Shown one piece after another: positions 51,316 to 64,000 of a stretch of 64,000 nucleotides of DNA; within the stretch, counting starts at the first letter, position 1, and the number at the start of each line of letters is the position of its first letter. This stretch comes from the human T2T-CHM13v2.0 reference genome, Homo sapiens. The notes below the pieces were generated by a model, which did no database searches, had not been told where the DNA came from, and saw only the letters and a list, made by a program, of their open reading frames with translations. Both the position numbers and the translations under genes were made by a program. Where the stretch lies: NCBI RefSeq assembly GCF_009914755.1, contig NC_060940.1. One strand, given 5' to 3'.

Positions 51316-52721
51316 ATGGTTTTTCTCCTCCTTAGTGTCATTTTTATGTTAAGTGTATTTTTTATGTTATTTATTTTTAAAAAGCCACCCGGTTTTATTT
51401 CCAGGGCTTCATGTCACTCCACCAAATGGATTCTGTCCCCCTCAGTGGCTCAGTCCCGTCGTCTGGGTTCCCAGCCCCAGGAACCTAGGGCCTGTGGAAA
51501 GCCAGCCTCCCCTGGAGGTGGCTCCTCCTGGACCCGTGGCCGGGGCACCCCGAGGACATTCTGTGGTGAGATGGTTTCAAGGCCTGCCTACTTGCGGGCC
51601 CACCCTCACCCCCCATTTTCTCCCCGTTTTCATCTTCGTCCTCACCTCATGTACCCTCTGTTTTTGGTGAGGCAGTGTGGATGGATGAATCCACCTTGCT
51701 CCCGAAACACCCCCAAATCTGTCCCGCCCGGGCCCTGGACTCTGGCTCCTAAAATGCCACCACTACACCCAGACATGCCACATGCTCCCCGGCACCCCTC
51801 CTCCGCCCTCCTGCAGAGCCAGGCGATGCCCGCACCAGAGATCTGTGCCAGCCGCAGGACATCTGGGAGGAGGTGCATAAACCCAACAGGGCCAAGCACA
51901 GAGGGGCGCACGTGTGACTTCCTTGGGCTGGCGGGCCCGTCTGCTGGAATACAGCGCGACTTTGCGGGAACTCCATTAGGCGGGTGCTTCTGTGTTTTCT
52001 GCTGTTCGAGGCCAGGCCTTCCCTGGCTCACGTGGGGCCTCACCATGTCCCAGGGTTCTCTCCCTTGGGAGCTGTTGCAGCTCGGACACAGGCCTCCAGC
52101 CTCTGGGTTTCTCAGAAACTCTGGGTCCCTCCCACTGGTGGCACCAGCTGGCTCACTCTCTGGGGTCTAAATGGAGGCTTGGAGACCCTGGGAACAATGC
52201 AGCCAACAGGACCTCGGCCCACACACCCAGACAATGCTGTGTCTGCCCTGATTTGGCACAAGCCATGGGGAGAGGCCACTGCTCTGATTGTGCAGGTGGT
52301 GCCTCAGGCCTGGCGCTGAGTGATGAGAGGACCTTGTGGGGCTCGGGACTGCTGGAGAAAGCAGAGGGAGGAAGGAGGGCCTGAGGAGGAGGAGTGTGGT
52401 GGGAAGAGGGAGGATCTGGAAAGGTTTCTAGGCTCCAGGAAAAGCGTCCCCACCATAGGTCCCAGAAGGCGGCAGCCAGGCCTCCCCTCGCAGCTGCTGT
52501 GCAGAGCTGGCATCTGTGCCCGCCGCTCCACATGTAGAAGCCAGACCCTGGGAGCCGGGTCTGTGCCAAGCCAGTGCCAGCTGCCGGGACACATGTGTCT
52601 GGCACTTGGACAACTCCGCCCAGCGAGGCCTGTGCGTCTCTTTCCTTGTGGGGAGAGCGTGTCATGTCCAGGCCTGGGGTCACCACATGCCCATGCCTGG
52701 CATTCTTTCCATCTGGGCTCA

Positions 52722-52925
52722 CCCCCATCGTGCCCATGATCTGGGCCCGCCCCCATCGTGCCCATGTCCAGCGCGTGGCTGCCATTGTGCCTGTGTCCAG
52801 CACATGGCCCCATCGTGCCGATGTCCAGCACATGGCCCTCATCGTGCCCATGATCTGGGCCCGCCCCCCTCGTGCCCGTGTCCAGCGCGTGGCCCCCATC
52901 GTGCCCGTGTCCAGTGTGTGGCCCC
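52722..52925. repeat. Degenerate tandem repeat of about 29 bp (CCCCATCGTGCCCATGTCCAGCGCGTGG)
   Basis: catcgtgccc and close variants recur about 7 times. Confidence 0.85.
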
Positions 52926-54172
52926 AACAGTCAGCGTTGTTGACGTCACCTTCTGGGAGGGAGGTCGGCCTCGGGGCCAATGGCCCGGAGCTTGTGTGTA
53001 TGGCTCTGTGTGCGTGTGCAATGCACTCAGCATCTAAGCTACGGTCAGGCCCTCTGGAGGCTCCTGCAAACTTTGAGGGCCTGCCCAGAACTCTCTCCAA
53101 GCCCAGGTGGGGCAAACGCTTCCAGGTCAAATGCCAAAATTCCTGTCCCCATGACATGGGCCTTAGGCAGTAAAGGAAGACGCAGGGGTGGAAGAGAGTG
53201 CAAAGACGCACACGAACATCCATGACCTGCACACATACGCACCATGCTCACGTACATGCACACGCGTGTCAGGGAGCACGACTGGGGCAAGGCAAGCGTT
53301 CTGGGTGGTTTGGGGTGTTTGACTGTTTATGTTTATCTGGGTTTTTCCATCTGTCTTCTTTACAGTGAGTATATTACTTGTAATAATTTAAAGTTTTAAA
53401 AATGCAATTGTCCAAAATGAGGACTGTGGAGGAGCAGGTGGGAGGGCAGCCTCCTGCCCACGGAGAACTGGCCTGGATCCAGCCTCCTAGAGACGAGGGA
53501 AAATGAAGCCACAAGGAACTTCTCTGGGCTTTGGGGCATCAGCAGCTGTTTTCTGGCCCCATGGGGCACAGACGTGGTCAGAGGGGCACACGGGTAATGC
53601 ACGGATGTGGTCGGGGGGCACACGGGTGAGGCGTGGACATGGTCAGTGGACGGGGCTTGGCGTGAGCTCCTGGAGTTAGAGGGCTTCAGTTGGACCCCAC
53701 TTACTTTCACAGCAAGACCCTGGGCACTGGAAGATGCGCTCCCTACCCATGACTTTGAGTGGCCCAATGGGCAGAGCCTGGTCTCCTCCAGAGGGTGCAC
53801 TCTGCCCTCCTGCCAGCCCCTCGCTGTCTCTGCCCACTGCTGACCCTTCTTTTCTTACTTCTCCCCCCAGGAGGCTCTGGATCGTGGGGCCCTGCTTCTG
53901 TCGCAACACATCTGCCACCCCTCGTGGATCCTGTGGCCACCCGCTCAGTATCTCCCGGCCTCGTCCACCTCCGTCTCCCAGAGCCATGGTCCTGGCTCTG
54001 CATGGCCCCAGCGGCACCCGACGTCCTCTGCCTCTGCCTCCAGGTCGGCATCTTCATGAGCCATGGCCTTGTCTCCAGCTCTGCCCTGCAACCTGCAGCT
54101 GCTCCCTGTGGCCCCAGAGCAACTGTTCTCGTGGGGTCTCAGGGCTCTTTCCCAGTCTTAGAGATCATTCAG

Positions 54173-54530
54173 TTCATATGTGGGAGCTGGAAAACAGTGG
54201 AACTTATGGAGATGGAGACTAGAATGATGGAGATATTCCCAGAGGCTGGGAAGGGCGGTGGGGAGTAGGGGGGTGGTGAGGGGATGGTTAATAGGTACAA
54301 ACATAATTACATGGAAGGAATAAGATCAGATATTTGGTAGCACAATAGGGTGACTATTGTTAACAAGAATTTATTGCATATTTTAAAATAACTGAAAAGT
54401 GGACTGGAATGCTCCTAACACAAAGAAATGATAAAGGCTCGAGGTGACAGTGGCCCCGATTACCCTGGTGTGATCAACACGTCACGTGTTCCCCATAGAC
54501 ACAGATAATTATGTACCCATAGGCATTAAA
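54173..54530 (+). mobile_element. L1MA 3' end
   Basis: ccagaggctgggaaggg...ggatggttaataggtacaaa...tagcacaatagggtgacta...taacacaaagaaatgataaa. Confidence 0.88.
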
Positions 54531-54532
54531 CA

Positions 54533-54837
<305 letters not shown>

Positions 54838-55011
54838 TAGAATTAAAGATTTTAAAAGTCATTCAGGACCCCAAGAGCTTCTGTTTATGTCGGTAATGGT
54901 TATTGATACTTACCAAATTCAAAAGAAATTGGAGAACATTTAAAAATATTTATCTAAAAATATTTATCAAGTCAATAGTAACCACAATAAACTCACTGAA
55001 TGTTAACATAA

Positions 55012-55327
<316 letters not shown>

Positions 55328-55539
55328 AACGACATCTTTTATGAAGATATCTATAAATTCCAAAACAAAACAACTCTGGAAACTAGGGCATGATTTTATG
55401 TGTCCGCTGTCACTGTAACACTTGGCTGCGTGGGCCAGAGGGGAACCTGTGTGCCTCCATATCCAGTCTACTGTGATATGTTGTTTTGATTGAACTATAT
55501 GAAGAAAATCTGGCCTCACACCGATAATGTATAGTGGAG

Positions 55540-56335
55540 TACTGTAACAGCCTCTTTCCCCGGGGGAGGGGTACCGCAACAGCCTCTTCCCTCCCGGGGG
55601 AGGGGTACCGCAACAGCCTCTTCTCCCCCGGGGGAGGGGTACCGCAACAGCCTCTTCTCCCCCGGGGAGGGGTACCGCAACAGCCTCTTTCCCCAGGGGA
55701 GGGGTACCGCAACAGCCTCTTCCCCCGGGGGAGGGGTACCGCAACAGCCTCTTCCCCCCGGGGGAGGGGTACCGCAACAGCCTCTTCCCCCCGGGGGAGG
55801 GGTACCGCAACAGCCTCTTCCCCCGGGGGAGGGGTACCGCAACAGCCTCTTTCCCCCGGGGGAGGGGTACCGCAACAGCCTCTTCTCCCCCGGGGGAGGG
55901 GTACCGCAACAGCCTCTTCCCCCGGGGGAGGGGTACCGCAACAGCCTCTTCCCCCCGGGGGAGGGGTACCGCAACAGCCTCTTCCCCCCGGGGGAGGGGT
56001 ACCGCAACAGCCTCTTCCCCCCGGGGGAGGGGTACCGCAACAGCCTCTTCCCCCGGGGGAGGGGTACCGCAACAGCCTCTTCCCCCGGGGGAGGGGTACC
56101 GCAACAGCCTCTTTCCCCCGGGGGAGGGGTACCGCAACAGCCTCTTCTCCCCCGGGGGAGGGGTACCGCAACAGCCTCTTCCCCCGGGGGAGGGGTACCG
56201 CAACAGCCTCTTTCCCCGGGGGAGGGGTACCGCAACAGCCTCTTTCCCCGGGGGAGGGGTACCGCAACAGCCTCTTCCCCCGGGGGAGGGGTATTGTAAC
56301 AGCCTTTTCTCCCGGGGGAGGGGTATTGTAATTTT
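55540..56335. repeat. 32-34-bp GC-rich VNTR, about 24 copies (GGGGTACCGCAACAGCCTCTTCCCCCGGGGGA)
   Basis: Repeated GGTACC; length variation in the pyrimidine run. Confidence 0.98.
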
Positions 56336-58479
56336 GCCTTTTCAGTAACCATGGGAATTCTTTGACACCAAAACTGGAAGAGTGCCACTTTTTTAAAGGT
56401 TTGCTGAACCGTGGTGTCTAAAACCAAATCTGAGCTTTCCCTGCTGCACGTTAAAGCTGTTCTCTTTTGCACTCTGAACCGGTCTTTTACCACCACACGT
56501 GATTCCGCCACACCCCACATCGGTCATGTGAGAAACGTGGGTTCACTGAGCTGCGTGTGCACACACTGACGGGTTGTGTTGTGTAAAAATTCACATGAAT
56601 TAATAACGATCACTGATATCAGCAAATTCTGTAAGTATTGGGCAGCTGTTGAGTTCACAGAGGTGAACATGCTTATCTCAGTCTCTTAACTTTTTCTTGA
56701 AAGTCAAATCGTACCACAGGAGGACAAATACATTTGGCTGTTTTTCTGGAACTGTCAGGCTCACTCCGTTCTGCCAAACACCCGAGTCTGGGTCGCTGTC
56801 CTCCATCTGTCTGTGGTTCTTTCCAGTCAAAATGGCCATGAACAGCAGCTGATTCTGACAGGGGCTTGGGCCTTACCCAGGACAAGCCTCGTGCCTCCGA
56901 ACGCAGCAGCAGTGGGTGGCGTGTGCCGCCCGTGATGGGATTTGACGTGAACAGCCTTGTTGCTGCTCCATCAAGGGCATTCTTAGGTGGAGCTGGCCCT
57001 CCCCCGACTGCGGGCTGAGGACACAGCCCCTGGGGGTGGCCGTTTGGGGCCGCAGCCTCACAGGGTGAAGGCAGCAGCGGTGTTACCCACATGTCTTCTG
57101 TACAGTCTGTGCAAATGTCAACACACAGGAAACACGGGCAGCATCTTCATATCATTATGAAAATACTTTTGAACTCATGGAGCCGGGAAAGGGCCCTGGG
57201 GCCCCTGGGGCGTGGGCAGCACTCGAGATGCGTTGGCAGAGGACAGAGCTCACAGCCCCTGTCCAGCTCCACGCCTTCCCGATGGAGCAGACGGGGACCC
57301 CACGCCATGCCATGCCCTGATGCCATCACATGCCCTGATGCCAGCCTGGCATCAGGAAGCTGGCACAGCTTCCACAGCTGTGATGCAGCGTCCACCTGTC
57401 TCAAACTTGCCCCTCCTGTGCCTGGACCGGGCGCTGCCCCTGCCCCTCCCTTGCTGCCTCTAGGGAGCCCCCTCACCATCGCCTCGGCCTCACGGCTCCA
57501 CGCTCACTCACTCTGAACCGCATTGTAGGGTGCTGGTTTGAACCCCAGCTGGGTGGAACGGTCCTTGAGTGGTGTCCCCTTATGCCTCCTCACTTCCTCA
57601 CTGACGAAGCAGATTACTTGGCTGGTTGTTCACTGGACTCCCTCCCTCCTCCCACCCCACCTTTAGGCACCTTCACCTGTAACAAAATCCAAACTAAAAG
57701 CAACCACAGCAATAAGGAAGATGTCTTGACTCAGAAGTGCGGAGGCGGCTTCAGATAAAGTGAGTGTGGATCACACAGCTGAGGATCACACGGGCTCCAT
57801 CTGCCTGTCGTCCTCACGGCTACAGGAGGGCTGCAGTGACTCCAGACATCACACACGACACTGTGGTCACCGGGGAAAATGGGCTGTTTCTCCCGAGGCA
57901 TCTCTTGTTTTGTGGTGAAACAAACCTTCTTGGATTTGTCCTCACCTTCATGGGCAGGGTCTCTGAAAAAGCAAAGCCATCACTGAGCCTCAACCACTCA
58001 GCACTCGCCTTCTGGGGCCCACCTCCCCATAGCCCCTTACTCAGGGCCGATGGGAATGGGAACCGGATCAGGGTCCGAAGAGAGGAAGGAGGACTGGTGA
58101 CTGTTGAACGGGTGCCGTCAGCTCCTGCCGTGGCTCGATTCCCGCCTTCGTGGAGTATGTGGGTCCGACAGCAGCAGCATCTCTGCCAACAGCTCTTCCA
58201 ATGTGAGTCAGTCTGTGCCATATCTGATCCTGCGAGAATCCGTGAGCTGACGCATCAGGGTGATCAGATTCAAGAGTAAGAAGACTCTTGCTTATCCATG
58301 TCTCCGGCAGCCCCTGCACGCCTACCACAGGCCAGGTATCCCGCAAGAATCAGAATGGCCTTGCCACATGGTGCCACAGCCTCGAAGCTCCCTGCTCCAG
58401 CCTGCCACAGCTGACACAGAACCCTCCAGAGGCTCCTGAGCTCCCTCCATCTAGGTTCCAGACCCCTTAACTCCAGCAC

Positions 58480-58715
58480 CTCCTGGCCTGATCCATTCAC
58501 CTGCACAGCTGCCCACCCATCGTACATTTGGGCCCCAGCTCCAACTGAGTATGAATGGCCTTCAGCAAGCTCCGGCCTTTCAGCCTCCACACCTTTGTCC
58601 ATGCTGTCCCCTCTCTGAGGACACTGGTCCTCTATCGCCCCAGGCCCAAATCCTGCCTCTCTTTCAAAGGCCAATTCACATGTTACTTTTCCCACAAAGC
58701 ATTCCTGAGCCCACC
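58480..58715 (+). mobile_element. L2 fragment
   Basis: acctttgtccatgctgtcccctct...ctctttcaaaggccaattcacatgttactttt...cattcctga. Confidence 0.6.
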
Positions 58716-58791
58716 GGGTTGAACTAAGATCATCTTGAACTCTTCCCATTTTGCAATATAGATATTTTATGACAGCGATGATAACTATTTA

Positions 58792-59003
<212 letters not shown>

Positions 59004-59095
59004 TATTTACTGAACAAATGTTCCGTAAATTCCAGGCACTGTCCAGGCACATTCCAGGCACTGTCCTAGGAATGTTACCTGGAATATCTTATATA

Positions 59096-59388
<293 letters not shown>

Positions 59389-59504
59389 CTTATTTAATTT
59401 TTATAACATCCATTAGCAGCAGGTGCTCTTATCTTCAGGTGAGGAACTGAGGCTCAGAGAGATGAGTTTCCCAGTATCATGCAGCTACTAACTGGCTGAG
59501 GCAG

Positions 59505-59965
59505 TGTATTCGTTCTCTATTGCTGTCTTCAAATTACCGCGAAACCTAGTGGCTTAAACAATGAACATCTATTATGTCACAGTTTCTGTAAATGTGGAAT
59601 CCAGAAGCAGCCTGGCTGGGTGGCTCTGGCTCGGGGTCTCTCCTGAGGTTGCAACCACAGTGTTGTGGGGCTGCAGCCTCATCTGAAGCTTGACCGGAGC
59701 TGAAAGAGCTGCTTCTGAAGCGGCGTCTGCTCTTCACCATGTAGGCCTCTCCACACGCCTGCTTGAGTGACCTCATGATACAGCAGCCACCTCCCTGAGT
59801 GTGTGGTACAAGAGGCAGCAAGAAGGAAGCTGAACCACCCCCCGAGAAGTCACACACAGCCATCCCTTCAGCCTCCTGTTGCCGACACAGGGCAGCCTCA
59901 TTCAGTACGGGACAGACACCAGGAGGCAGGGTCCCCCAGGGCCATCCTGGAGGCCAGCAGCCACG
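59505..59965 (-). mobile_element. MaLR LTR (MLT1F-like)
   Basis: ctattgctg...aaattacc...tagtggcttaaacaa...cacagtttctgt...ggctgcagcctcatctgaagcttgac...gccatcctggagg. Confidence 0.8.
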
Positions 59966-60228
59966 GGCAGGGTCAACCTAGACTCGCCTGACCCCATCGC
60001 GGGGCCCTGGGCCTCCACCTTGAGTGGCTGCTGACGAGCAAATCATATATGGGTCCTTCCAGGGGGATCCCTTCCTCCCACCACCACCACTCCCCGGTCA
60101 GCTTGCCGCAGAGCCTGCAGTGGGAGGGCAGTGTGTTCACAGCTCACAGAAGCACCTTTGTGAGCAAACACTGCCAGGCAGATCCGTGTTTTCCTTTAAT
60201 CAAATGAAAAGGTGTGACCCACACGCCC

Positions 60229-60806
60229 CCAGCAGTTTCCAGGGGGCTCATTAAGGGAGATGTGGACAGAATCCGTGGCGGGGTGGTGATTCCCACCCAG
60301 CCTCTGCCAGTTTCCAGGGAGCTCCATTAGGCCAGAGGTGTGAACGGAATCAAGGAAGGAGGGTGATTGAGTCAGGGAGCGGGGGAGATTGGATCGGGGA
60401 GGGGATGATTGAATCGGGGAAGGGAGTGGTGATTGGGTCAGGGAGGAGGGTGGTGATTCCCACCCAACCTATGCCAGTTTCCAGGGGGCCCCATTAAGCC
60501 GGAGGTGTGAACGGAATCAGGGTGGGAGTGACTGAATCAGTGAGGGGGGTTGGATCAGGGAGGGGGTGACTGAATCAGGGAGGGGGGTTGGATCAGGGAG
60601 GGGGTGACTGAACAAGGAGGGGGGTTGGATCAGGGAGGGGGTGACTGAATCTGGGAGGGGGTTTGGATCAGGGAGGGGGTGATTGAATCAGGGAGGGGGT
60701 TTGGATCAGAGAGTGGGGCTACTGAATCAGGGAGGGGTGGTGTTTGCATCAGGGAGCTGGGGGTTTGTGATTCCCACCTGGCCTCTGCCAGTTTCCAGGG
60801 GCCTCC
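60229..60806. repeat. Nested composite repeat: ~70-bp block plus an expanding G-rich GGATCAGGGAGGGGGTGACTGAATCA subunit
   Basis: gtgattcccacc...gccagtttccaggg at about 60286, 60453 and 60767, with G-rich sub-repeats between. Confidence 0.85.
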
Positions 60807-61554
60807 AGCTGGGAGGATTTCCTCCGGGAAAGGCTGGGGGTGGACGGGGGCACCTTGGGGCAGGCTGAGCTATGCCCACATTGTCAGGCAAGGAGGTATG
60901 GCTGGCTCCTGGAAGGGTCCACGGAAACCACGCACCTCTTGCAGAGGCTGCAGTGGCTGCAGACGCTGTCTGCTCACCGGCGAAACATCCATTCCCTGAG
61001 CATCTGCTTCAGGGGCTGGGGATGGAGATGCTAAAAATGACAGGAGCGAGAAAGAGTAGCAGTTAATATTCACCGACAGCCTCATTGGCCTGGCTCTCGA
61101 CTCCTCACCGCACTCCTGAGGTGGGAGCTGTTACTACCCCCTCGTAGTTGCAGGGGAGGGGCAACCGGGAGGAGGAACACAGGGAGCTCCCGGCTGGAAG
61201 CAGGAGCGGGCTGAGCAGTCAGGACCAAGACATGCAGCATCTCACCCATTCGGGGGCCCCCCCGCCCAAGGCCCCTCCCCAGGGCACCTCTCCTCTGAGG
61301 ATCGGATCCTGAACTCAAAGAACAGGCGAGAGGGCCACAGAGAGCCCCAGGAGCAGTGAGTCCCTGGGGCTCCTAGACCTCCCTAGCTCAAAGCCCTTTC
61401 ACGTGGGGGCCAGCTCCCCGCCAAGCCAAGGCCCGGAGGCTGCAGTGGGCAGTGCCACAAGGCTGAGCTGGGAGCCAGGCAAGAGTTCTCTTTGGAGGCA
61501 GCTGCATCCCCTTCCATGGGGTCCTGCAGACCTTCTTTCCGCAGAGTTGGGGAT

Positions 61555-61890
61555 CCCAGTGCACAGATAACTTCGTGTGCTGATTTTTAAGTTTGAGGTT
61601 CTCATTCAACATTAGACCGTCATACACAATTCCCACGTTTCTATTTGGCGTCATGATTAATGGCTGCAGAGCCGCTCTTATTTGGCCATCTCCTGATTCA
61701 CTAAAGTCTGTGCTGGGATATCCAGGCTGTTTCCTGATTTGTGGCTGCTGTAAACCACCCTGGCACAAACATCATTGAGGATCCAGCTTTGCAGATCATT
61801 TGTTCTTTATGAAGGAGTTGGTCTGGTGTTGCATGCAGAAAAGTTTGGTTTTCAGCAGAGGGGGGTGTCATTTGTTCATTGAATCTCACA
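61555..61890. promoter_or_regulatory. Candidate enhancer or conserved element
   Basis: AT-rich non-repeat island; TGATTAATGG (PBX-HOX type) at 61654-61663, AGATAA, TTTATGA, SOX-like TTTGTT. Confidence 0.4.
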
Positions 61891-61944
61891 GCGATGCAAA
61901 GAGAGGCATGTCTGGGGGCAGGGGTGGGGGTAAAGGATGCCAAA

Positions 61945-62110
61945 TTCTGGTTTCAAATCCCAGCTCGGCCGCTTTCTAGGTACGTAAGCATGGACAAGTG
62001 ACATCAATTCCCCGAGCCTCAGTTTCCTCATTCGTAAAACGGCACAATGCAATCCTTTGCCCGAGAGTCATTGTCACTGCCCTCAGAGCCCAGCTCCATG
62101 CACCGCAGAG
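61945..62110 (+). mobile_element. MIR fragment
   Basis: ggtttcaaatcccagctcggcc...gacaagtgac...gagcctcagtttcctcattcgtaaaacgg. Confidence 0.8.
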
Positions 62111-63579
62111 AGGGGCCCTGGCACTCGTGTCTGAAGTCCTGGCCGTGTGCTCCTGCAGCACTCTTGTGCTTATCACCACACGGCACGTATTTCTCCTCCC
62201 ACCTGCACCCTCGTGCTGGGAACGTGCCTGAGGGCACATTTGCACCTGCACAGACACTCCTGCCAGCGAGTCTCCTGAAAGGCAGGAGGCCAGGAGAGGC
62301 CGTGGGGGTGTTCCGTGTCTGGTATTAGACAGTAGCAGCTGGTGGCACGATGATAAGGCTTGGCCCATGGAGAGTCATCTTGTTCCTCTCCATGACATGC
62401 ACCTGCTGGAAGGCGACTTCCCGGAATCCTCTTGGTTTATTTAGGGAACAGGGGCAAGAATCCAGCTGAAAGTGGCCGAGTTCACGTGGTCACCTGGAGT
62501 GTTTCCTTTCCTCTTCCTCTAAAAACTATTTCATAGTGTAGTTTAACTTTTATACTTATCAGTTGTACGTCCACAAAGTTTAAAGAACTACCCTCCCCTT
62601 CCTGCTCACCAGAGGTGAACCTTTGTTCTGATTCTCTTGGTGTTTACCCCCTGGAGGTTCCTGTGGTCTCCTGCCAGGCCTGCCCAGGCCACACCACACA
62701 CCTTCCACCCCGGGTCCCTCCCGTCGTCTGCGATAAACTCGTTCGATCAGCGGCAGTTTTGCATGCTGATGGTTACACTGTAGATGTTGAAATGATCGTA
62801 GTTTAGTAAATGCTATGGACAGCGGAGCCTCCTACAGCAACATGATCACGTGCCCTTTGCTGGCAAACACATCTTCCTGTGTTCCCAGTGTTTAATCTCT
62901 GCCTTATTTTTCTTGATTAGTTTTCTATGTATTGATCATCTATCCCTAAACTTTGCTTGCATTGTTCAAGTCTCCTCTCAACATGGTAAACACACAGGAC
63001 ACTCTGTCCACCATCTTCCCGCGGGGGGATTGCCCCTGCCTGCCAGGCCAGGACTCCCGGGAGTCACAGGAAACAAGGCCAGAGGGGAGGAGGGCGGGGC
63101 TTGGGGACCTGGTGGCCACAACAGGGCTTGGGCAGGACCCCCTGTGGGTTCTGAGCAGGATCCCACTCAGGTTTTAATGGGGCTACTCCAGCCACTGTTG
63201 GGTTCTTCATGAATCCAGTGAGGACTCCTTTAGGAAACAAGGCTTTCCTGGTCTGGGTGGTTACAGCAGAGCTGGTGGGACAGTCTCTGACAGAATTTGC
63301 AGGAGAAACCAGTAGGACTCAATGTGGTGTGGGAGGGAAGCAGGGAGCCATAGACTGAACCCCAGGATCGAGGGTGAGATGCAAAGTGTGAGGGTGGGGG
63401 CGCTGCTGCGGGGGAGACCTGAGCTCCTCTGGGGCCACATCGGGGTCTGATGTCTCTTGGATGTCCCAGTGAGATGCCAGGTGGGCACTTAGGACCCTCC
63501 CTGTCCACATGTTCTAAACTACATTGACGTCGTCTGCCTGGTTGGTGCGGCCACTTTCACTCCCTGCGCTGGATGTTCT

Positions 63580-63712
63580 GCAGCCCTTCGTCTGCTAATG
63601 TCCATGAGTTTACCATGCTGGGTGCTCTGTGGCCCTTCGTTCTGCTAACGTCCAGGAATTCACCATGCTGGGCACTCTGCGGCCCTTCGTCTGCTAATGT
63701 CCACGAGTTTAC
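63580..63712. repeat. Tandem repeat of about 50 bp, about 2.6 copies
   Basis: gcccttcgtctgctaatgtcca.gagtttacc.tgctggg repeated. Confidence 0.85.
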
Positions 63713-64000
63713 CTGACAGCTGACTTCTCTCTGTTTTCTCTGCCCTCCCTTCCTGAAACTACCGTATTTAGCATATTGGATGCCTGCCTGAGCCCACTGA
63801 TTTTTTTATCTTTCCTCTCCTGTTTTTCATCTCTCGGTCTTTCTGTTCTATTTCTAGGAGACGTCCTTTAGCCCTTCCCTTAGGGTTTTTACTCAGGCTG
63901 TTGTATTCTGACCCCTCCAGCCCCCCTTTATGTTACTGGAACGCTCTTTCTCGGGGCATCTCGCTCTGGACTCATGGGGGCTGTCGCTTCCCTTGTCTCC

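Overview
This is GC-rich simian primate genomic DNA, probably human or great ape, since AluJ-, AluS- and AluY-type elements are all present. It looks like a distal or subtelomeric intergenic region or long intron. I find no credible protein-coding exon, RNA gene or CRISPR array. The ORF track is explained by Alus, tandem repeats and GC-rich chance ORFs. The window holds about 13 Alus or Alu parts, fragments of old L1, L2, MIR and MLT1, three DNA-transposon fossils (MER63-, MER44- and Charlie1-like), more than 20 minisatellites or simple repeats, and several short AT-rich motif-dense islands that resemble conserved enhancers. The most interesting pattern is that several VNTRs multiply a recognisable TF site: 6 perfect SRE-1 decamers at 51-bp spacing (7.8-8.1 kb), a 3x CCAAT cassette between ETS and E2F sites (37.8 kb), about 42 CACGTG E-boxes in 1.15 kb (46.2-47.3 kb), and a SOX + GC-box 40-mer (49.7-50.4 kb). 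Several VNTRs visibly arose from TE sequence, and two ~0.8-kb (CAT/CAC) and (ATG/GTG) tracts form an inverted pair 22.6 kb apart. Repeat-family calls are from recalled consensus sequences and counts are by eye. All functional claims are hypotheses, and I cannot name the locus.
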